Below, piece by piece: positions 58,835 to 64,000 of a DNA stretch of 64,000 bases. Source of the DNA: Gallionella sp. (GTDB lineage: Bacteria; Pseudomonadota; Gammaproteobacteria; Burkholderiales; Gallionellaceae); the NCBI GenBank assembly GCA_049294375.1, contig JBAQCT010000155.1, positions 5,974-69,973 of the forward strand, written 5' to 3'. Position 1 is the first letter of the stretch. Every line of letters begins with the position of its first letter. Below the pieces are notes generated by a model, which did no database searches, was not told where the DNA came from, and was given only the letters and a program-made list of their open reading frames with translations. Both the position numbers and the translations under genes were made by a program.

Positions 58835-59563
58835 TCAAGATGTAAGCGCAATTTTGTATCCGGCAGCTTGAGCGTCCGTGTGGAACATCTGGACGGTTTC
58901 GAGCGAATATTGTTCCAGATCCTTGTCGACCAGGGAAAGCTTCTTCAGGATGTCGTTTGTAGCGGTGATGATATGGCACCCGACTGAGTCGGCCTGAAAA
59001 ATATTGAACAGCTCGCGCGGGCTGGCCCAGATCAGTTCGGACCTTGGTTTTGCGCGCATGATTTTTACGGCTTCCGCCATTAACGGAACCGGGTCGCGCC
59101 CCGTGTCGGCAATGCGCCCCGCAAACACGGAAATGATTGCCGGTGTGTCCGGTGCGAGTCGCTCTGTAACGCTCTTCACTTGATCGAGCGAGGTCAGGGC
59201 AGTGACGTTAAGTGAGACCCCTGCATTCGATAAGCTTTCGATCAGAGAGCCGGCAAACTCTTTTCTGGTATTGGTTACCGGAATCTTGACACTCACATTT
59301 TTGCCCCACGATGCGATCTCCAGCGCTTGGCGCTCCATTTCATCGAACTCGTCGGCGAATACCTCAAACGAGATTGGCATATCCGGTACTGCTTCGAGCA
59401 CCTGGTGCGCAAATGCCTTGTAGTCCTGCACACCTGCCTTGCGCATTAGCGTCGGATTGGTGGTGAAACCCTTGATCAACGGGTTGGCGTACATTTCCCT
59501 TATTCCGGCAAGATCAGCCCCGTCGGCAAAAAGTTTTATTTTAAGACTTGCAATCGTGCTCAT
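58835..59563 (-). CDS. Transaldolase / fructose-6-phosphate aldolase-family (short type) enzyme
   Basis: KLFADGADL...GFTTNPTLM...VSVKIPVT (Schiff-base Lys region)...VTALTS family blocks. Confidence 0.88.
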   Translation of the reverse strand: MSTIASLKIKLFADGADLAGIREMYANPLIKGFTTNPTLMRKAGVQDYKAFAHQVLEAVPDMPISFEVFADEFDEMERQALEIASWGKNVSVKIPVTNTRKEFAGSLIESLSNAGVSLNVTALTSLDQVKSVTERLAPDTPAIISVFAGRIADTGRDPVPLMAEAVKIMRAKPRSELIWASPRELFNIFQADSVGCHIITATNDILKKLSLVDKDLEQYSLETVQMFHTDAQAAGYKIALTS

Positions 59564-59587
59564 ACTGCTTGTTCCTTTCGTAGATAA

Positions 59588-60112
59588 TCATTTTTGAAAA
59601 ATCAGTCTGCTCGCGTCTTCAAGCGATACGACCACCGCGTCCGGATTATCGGCGCGGCGCTCCCGGTATTCATAATCGATAAAAAAAGTGTAGCAGCCTG
59701 CCGCTTTTCCAGCAGCCACGTCACGCCATCGATCCCCTACAATAAAACTGCGCGCGAGGTCTATATGCCATTCGCGAGCTGCTTCAATCAGCATTCCAGG
59801 TTTTGGCTTGCGGCAATCGCAGCCGCTTGCATCCACGTGATAACACACCTTGATGTCATCGCATAATCCTGCTGCGCGCAGCTTATCGTGCATCGCCTCC
59901 ACCACTTCCCGGCGCTGGACTCCCGTGGCGACATCGGGCTGGTTCGTGACAACAACGATCAAGAAGCCGGCTTTGCGCAGAGCACGCATCGCGCGTTCGG
60001 CTCCCGGGAGAAGCTCGAAATCATCGATAGTAGCCGGAGGATATGGTATTCCGTCGCGCACCACAGCGCGATTGATGACACCATCACGATCGAGGAACAC
60101 CGCTCTTTTCAC
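59588..60112 (-). CDS. gmhB: D-glycero-D-manno-heptose 1,7-bisphosphate phosphatase (HAD)
   Basis: VFLDRDGVIN (DxD), VVTNQPDVA, Zn-loop CYHVDASGCDCRKPKPGM, and GDRWRDVAAG. Confidence 0.9.
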   Translation of the reverse strand: MKRAVFLDRDGVINRAVVRDGIPYPPATIDDFELLPGAERAMRALRKAGFLIVVVTNQPDVATGVQRREVVEAMHDKLRAAGLCDDIKVCYHVDASGCDCRKPKPGMLIEAAREWHIDLARSFIVGDRWRDVAAGKAAGCYTFFIDYEYRERRADNPDAVVVSLEDASRLIFQK

Positions 60113-60154
60113 GTCAGTTCACGTTAGTTGTGTAGCGGGTCCAGTGTGTGACCC

Positions 60155-60736
60155 TTACCATTTCGTTGCGATTTGCTGCAGGCCGGGATGCGACACGAGG
60201 CAATGCCAGACTACCGCCTGAAATGCTTCGGTGTGTGGAGTAATTCTGGTGTCGTCTATAGTGGGGATAACGATCACGGCATCGCCAACCTGTTTGGTAT
60301 AGCCGCCATCACGCCCAACCACCCCCATTATTGTTAGCTCACGGGTTTTGGCTTCTTTAAGAGCTTGTACGATGTTGGTGCTTACATTCTTTTCCACGTT
60401 ACCGCCGCCGACCGAAAATACGAACACCGCATCGTTTGAATTGGCTTTACTGGTGCGCAACCACGCGGCGAAAACAGTCTCCCACCCTTCATCGTTGGTG
60501 CGAGCGGTCAATTCCGATACATTATCAACAGGCGTATAAGCCTCAATACCGCAAAGTTTGCGAAAGTCGTTTACCGCATGACTACAGTTCGCCGCGCTGC
60601 CACCAACCCCTAACAAGAATAATCGTCCTCCGCGTTTGCGAAGAGCTGACAGTTCGGAAACCATCCTTTCTATTGCCGTTACATCAATCGATTTTGCTAT
60701 TTCACTTACTTCTTCAAAATATTTTTTCGTGTGCAT
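60155..60736 (-). CDS. gmhA: SIS-domain sedoheptulose-7-phosphate isomerase
   Basis: 193 aa. GGRLFLLGVGGSAANCSHAVNDF SIS block, and context next to gmhB and the HldE-like gene. Confidence 0.85.
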   Translation of the reverse strand: MHTKKYFEEVSEIAKSIDVTAIERMVSELSALRKRGGRLFLLGVGGSAANCSHAVNDFRKLCGIEAYTPVDNVSELTARTNDEGWETVFAAWLRTSKANSNDAVFVFSVGGGNVEKNVSTNIVQALKEAKTRELTIMGVVGRDGGYTKQVGDAVIVIPTIDDTRITPHTEAFQAVVWHCLVSHPGLQQIATKW

Positions 60737-60802
60737 ACGATGTATTCTCTCACTGGTTCTAGGGGGATTCGGAAAGCAGGCGCTGATGGAGCGAGTGCCC
60801 CT

Positions 60803-61897
60803 TTAAATAAAATTTACATGCTGAACGGGATTTTCGCATAACTGGAAGAGATAGCGATTAACTTCGTCCATGCGGCAATTCTTTCGGCAGTCTTTGATGT
60901 TCAATTCATTGCGAACAAAGAAGAAACTCTGGCGCCGTCGCTCGCCTTCCCATATTTCTTTGAAACTTTGCTCATTCACGTTGCCATATTCGAATCGCTT
61001 GTCTTCGAGATACGCGCTGCAACCATAGACTCTCCCATCGGTCATGATATGCGCCCAGACGAACGGTGTGGACAGGCACTTGGTATAGCGCTCCGAGTCC
61101 TGGACGTATTTTTTCATAGTGTTGGCGCGACAGATCAGCGAAAAGAAATCAGTTGACAAGGGTTCCAGCTTCTCGGCTATGGCTGTGTATGCGGAGTAAT
61201 CGACATCATGCTGGTTTTGGCTAAAAAGGTGCTGGGAGTACGGCTTGACCACCAAGTAATCAAGACCTATTTCGTCACGGCACAGCTTGGCTAGAGCCTC
61301 TATTTCGTGGGCGTTTTCCGGTATGAGCAAAATTTGGGCGCCAATCGTGCAATCGAGATGATTGGAATTTCGATAATTAATCGCCTTTTTCAAATTTTCT
61401 ATGACTCTTGAGAAATCGCGTTCGCGTGTACGATGAATCCTGGCGTAGGTGTCTGCCGTTCCCGCATTGACGGATGCCTTTATCCATGACACATGTCGAA
61501 TGGACTTCTGAATAAATTCATCATTTAACAATGTGGCGTTGGTCTGAAAGGCCATGTCAATGCCAGCATTCTTTGTCATCTCGACAATTTCGTTGATCTT
61601 CTTGTGCAGCAAAGGCTCTCCTTCGCCGGCATACATTATGCTCTTGACGCCTAAAGCACCCATTTCTGGTAGAAGGCGCTCCAGCATTTTAATGTCATAC
61701 ATGATCGACTTGTAGCCGATGTAATCATAAGCACAAAAAGTGCAGCGATGATTGCAGGCACCGACTGGAGACATTTCCACATAAATGGGATAGACGGCCT
61801 TCGCTTTTTCCCAGTCGCCACCCGCATCCATCAGTTGAGCGACCCGCTTGGGGTGGTACATGAGTTTGTGGCTATCGATACGAAAAATGTCGGACAT
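60803..61897 (-). CDS. Radical SAM enzyme with C-terminal SPASM/twitch-like domain
   Basis: CNHRCTFC motif. C-terminal [20 protein letters not shown]...CRKNC. Confidence 0.85.
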   Translation of the reverse strand: MSDIFRIDSHKLMYHPKRVAQLMDAGGDWEKAKAVYPIYVEMSPVGACNHRCTFCAYDYIGYKSIMYDIKMLERLLPEMGALGVKSIMYAGEGEPLLHKKINEIVEMTKNAGIDMAFQTNATLLNDEFIQKSIRHVSWIKASVNAGTADTYARIHRTRERDFSRVIENLKKAINYRNSNHLDCTIGAQILLIPENAHEIEALAKLCRDEIGLDYLVVKPYSQHLFSQNQHDVDYSAYTAIAEKLEPLSTDFFSLICRANTMKKYVQDSERYTKCLSTPFVWAHIMTDGRVYGCSAYLEDKRFEYGNVNEQSFKEIWEGERRRQSFFFVRNELNIKDCRKNCRMDEVNRYLFQLCENPVQHVNFI

Positions 61898-61927
61898 CGT
61901 TATGCTTTTCTGAGGTTTGAAATAAAG

Positions 61928-63724
61928 TCAGGCATTGAGCATCTGCTTGAATGTTTCATTGGATCCCACCAATTCCTGAAAGGTGCCATGCTGCACTATT
62001 TTGCCATGATCGAGGAGGTAGATCACATCGCAATCTTTTACCGTAGTCAAGCGGTGTGCAATCATGACGATGGTGATTTTGTGAGACAGCGCTTGAATAG
62101 TATCGATAATAATGCGCTCTGTGATCCCGTCCAGAGCGCTGGTAGCTTCATCCAACACCAACACTTTGGGGTTGTGGTAAAGCGCACGGGCGATGCCGAT
62201 GCGCTGACGTTGTCCGCCACTCAGTCGCACGCCCCGCTCTCCTACGATGGTTTGATAATTATTAGGGAGTTCCAGAGTTACGAAGTCATGTAAATTGGCA
62301 ATGCGCGCGACCTCTTCCACTCGTACCATGTCAATGGAATTTGCCGGGCAGCCCAACGCAATATTGCTCGCAATCGTATCATCCACCAAGTAGATTTGCT
62401 GGGGAACATACCCCACATTTTTTTGCCAGCTTTTTACGTTTGATGGAGTAATTCTTTTGCCGTCCACGCGCATTTCCCCTGCTTGCGGCTCGAGTAAACC
62501 AAGGATGATGTCGATAAGCGTTGATTTCCCCGAGCCGGTTGTGCCAACCAATCCGATGGAGGTGTTATTTTTGATACAGAGCGAGAGATTATTGATAACC
62601 GGTGAGTCGCATTCCGGGTAAGTGAAGAAAACGCTGTCAAGCTTAATATCTCTAGAGTAAGGCATTGCCTCTTGTGGGCATACGTAAGTAGAAAATGTAA
62701 CGGGTAAACTGCTCAAATCCCTTTTTAGATTCTGAAGGGCTGGAAAGGTATAACGGATATTAGAAAGGCTTTGAAAAATTTGCTGGATCGCCGGTAGCAT
62801 CCGGTAGCCTGCGAAGGCATACAAAGCGATCAATGGAAAAGCGATAGAAATATCCTTTCTTAACCCGAGCAAATAAACCAGAATCAGCAGCATTCCGCCA
62901 AACGCCATGGACTCTATGGCATATTTTGGCAGCAAAGAAAGTGTGTAGCCGATTACCTTGTAGCCGGCCTGAAGTTTTGATGAAATGGAAAACCGCTCGA
63001 CAAAGGCCTGTTCTTTTCCGAGTAGCTTGATTTCTTTGGCACCGCCCAATGCTTCATTGGTGAATTTGTAGTTTTGCGTATTTGCTTCGGAGGAAAGTTG
63101 TCCATTATCCAGCAACTTGCGTCGAATCAAAATGTATGTGACCGAATATGCCGTACCAATGATCAAGGCAACCGTTATGGCCAGTAGCGGGTCAATAAAC
63201 ATCAGCATGATCAGCATCAGCAAAACTACCATAGCTTTAGTGATGAGCTGCATTACCGGAATGATTGCTCCGGTAACTACGGTTTCGGTTTCTGTAAGGA
63301 TATTTTTGGATAATATGGCGCTATTTGTACGCAAGAAAAAAGGAAAAGGTTGAGCCAAGTAAGAAGTTAACAAGCGCTCTGCCAATTTTTGCTCAAAAGC
63401 AAAGGCAAAACGGTATAGCATCCATGCAGACAGTGCGGAAATAGCATTGCCAGCCATCATGATAAAGAAAAATATAAGTCCGGCTAAAAACAAAAAGCGG
63501 TTAATGCTGGAAAATCCCATATAGGTATACATGGAATGAATATACTGGTTGGTTTGTATGATTTCCGGCTTGGCGACGATAGCCATAAAGGGCATTATGG
63601 AGACAACGCCCATAACCTCAATGATTGAGGTTAGAAAAATCACAAATAGCAATACTAATGCTTGCTTACGATCACTATGGCTAAATAGCGATAAAATGTC
63701 GCGTAAGGGGGGTAATAAAAGCAT
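61928..63724 (-). CDS. Half-size ABC exporter (fused TMD-NBD, MsbA/PglK-like)
   Basis: About six N-terminal TM helices. Walker A GTTGSGKST, signature LSGGQRQR, Walker B VLVLDEATSALD. First gene of the cluster. Confidence 0.9.
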   Translation of the reverse strand: MLLLPPLRDILSLFSHSDRKQALVLLFVIFLTSIIEVMGVVSIMPFMAIVAKPEIIQTNQYIHSMYTYMGFSSINRFLFLAGLIFFFIMMAGNAISALSAWMLYRFAFAFEQKLAERLLTSYLAQPFPFFLRTNSAILSKNILTETETVVTGAIIPVMQLITKAMVVLLMLIMLMFIDPLLAITVALIIGTAYSVTYILIRRKLLDNGQLSSEANTQNYKFTNEALGGAKEIKLLGKEQAFVERFSISSKLQAGYKVIGYTLSLLPKYAIESMAFGGMLLILVYLLGLRKDISIAFPLIALYAFAGYRMLPAIQQIFQSLSNIRYTFPALQNLKRDLSSLPVTFSTYVCPQEAMPYSRDIKLDSVFFTYPECDSPVINNLSLCIKNNTSIGLVGTTGSGKSTLIDIILGLLEPQAGEMRVDGKRITPSNVKSWQKNVGYVPQQIYLVDDTIASNIALGCPANSIDMVRVEEVARIANLHDFVTLELPNNYQTIVGERGVRLSGGQRQRIGIARALYHNPKVLVLDEATSALDGITERIIIDTIQALSHKITIVMIAHRLTTVKDCDVIYLLDHGKIVQHGTFQELVGSNETFKQMLNA

Positions 63725-63919
63725 GGATGGGCAGAATTGCTAAAAAATTTTGGTTCGTGATAGTTGCACTTAAATACGGCAGGATGTTTATCGAAATCTT
63801 GGTTACCGAAAAGGCGATTTGAAGCGAAAGCTGCTAAACAGAACCCTGGCCTAATGTTGCGGCATAGTTTAATCGGCAACTGTCAGATTAAGCCTGAACT
63901 ACTGTGCATGCTTTTCAGG

Positions 63920-63931
63920 CACGCTACCGCC
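63920..63931 (-). promoter_or_regulatory. ops / JUMPStart core element (putative RfaH-type antiterminator loading site)
   Basis: The minus strand reads GGCGGTAGCGTG, an exact match to the enterobacterial ops consensus GGCGGTAGnnTG. It lies ~195 nt upstream of the first start codon of the cluster, on the non-template strand. Confidence 0.55.
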
Positions 63932-64000
63932 CTGCAAAATACTGGCGTATTTCGCATAACATGTTAATTATTAATATAATTACTACGCGGCCTGAACAAC

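Noticed and set aside
60803-63724. The SPASM radical SAM plus ABC exporter pair as a RiPP (peptide natural product) system.
   Set aside because: I found no small precursor-peptide ORF next to any of the four SPASM genes. The ABC exporter has no C39 peptidase domain. All neighbours are nucleotide-sugar enzymes. This stays a formal possibility only if a precursor is encoded elsewhere.
28617-63724. The whole locus as an aminoglycoside/aminocyclitol antibiotic gene cluster. The argument for it: multiple DegT genes, B12-rSAM methylases, Gfo/Idh/MocA oxidoreductases, an AAC(3)-like gene, the heptose pathway and an exporter.
   Set aside because: No sugar-phosphate cyclase is present: the DHQS-superfamily-looking gene at 33717-34787 has the GGGSxxD group III alcohol-dehydrogenase signature. 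NeuB, NeuA-family, RfbF/G, GT2/GT4 genes and an ops element point to a cell-surface glycan. It could still be tested by metabolite profiling.
63655-63879. A 74-aa minus-strand ORF (TTG start) spanning the cluster leader and overlapping the ABC exporter start.
   Set aside because: It is out of frame with and overlaps the well-supported ABC gene. It has a non-ATG start, no SD and no recognisable features, so it is probably spurious.

Overview
The window looks like a proteobacterial chromosome segment; the ATP synthase proteins look beta-proteobacterial by eye, but that call is low confidence. It has two parts.

(1) nt 1-7068, plus strand: a complete F1Fo ATP synthase operon, atpIBEFHAGDC. The atpH-atpA spacer is unusually long and holds a ~144-bp nested palindromic (REP/MITE-like) element.

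(2) nt 7078-63724, minus strand: an unbroken run of about 52 co-directional, tightly packed genes, often translationally coupled. It converges on atpC with only 9 nt between the two stop codons. This is a giant nucleotide-sugar/glycan biosynthesis locus containing:
- a CDP-6-deoxyhexose module (rfbF, rfbG, RmlC-like epimerase, reductase)
- an NDP-heptose module (gmhA, gmhB, a domain-swapped HldE-like enzyme, plus dedicated transaldolase and split transketolase)
- a nonulosonic/ulosonic-acid module (a CBS-NeuB-SAF-TIM-barrel fusion, ManC, three NeuA-family and one SpsF-like cytidylyltransferases)
- a WbpA/WbpB-like dehydrogenase/oxidoreductase pair
- five DegT-family aminotransferases
- seven radical SAM enzymes (three cobalamin-dependent class B, four SPASM-type)
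- five SAM methyltransferases
- an AAC(3)-family acetyltransferase and a Nudix hydrolase
- four large orphan proteins
- only two canonical glycosyltransferases and one MsbA/PglK-like ABC exporter

The leader upstream of the first gene carries an exact 12-nt ops/JUMPStart core (GGCGGTAGCGTG), which suggests RfaH-type antitermination. Base composition is mosaic. I saw no rRNA, tRNA, CRISPR array, transposase or integrase. The most interesting candidate is the radical-SAM-rich, methylation-rich, glycosyltransferase-poor glycan super-operon. I cannot match its combination of chemistries to any characterised system.
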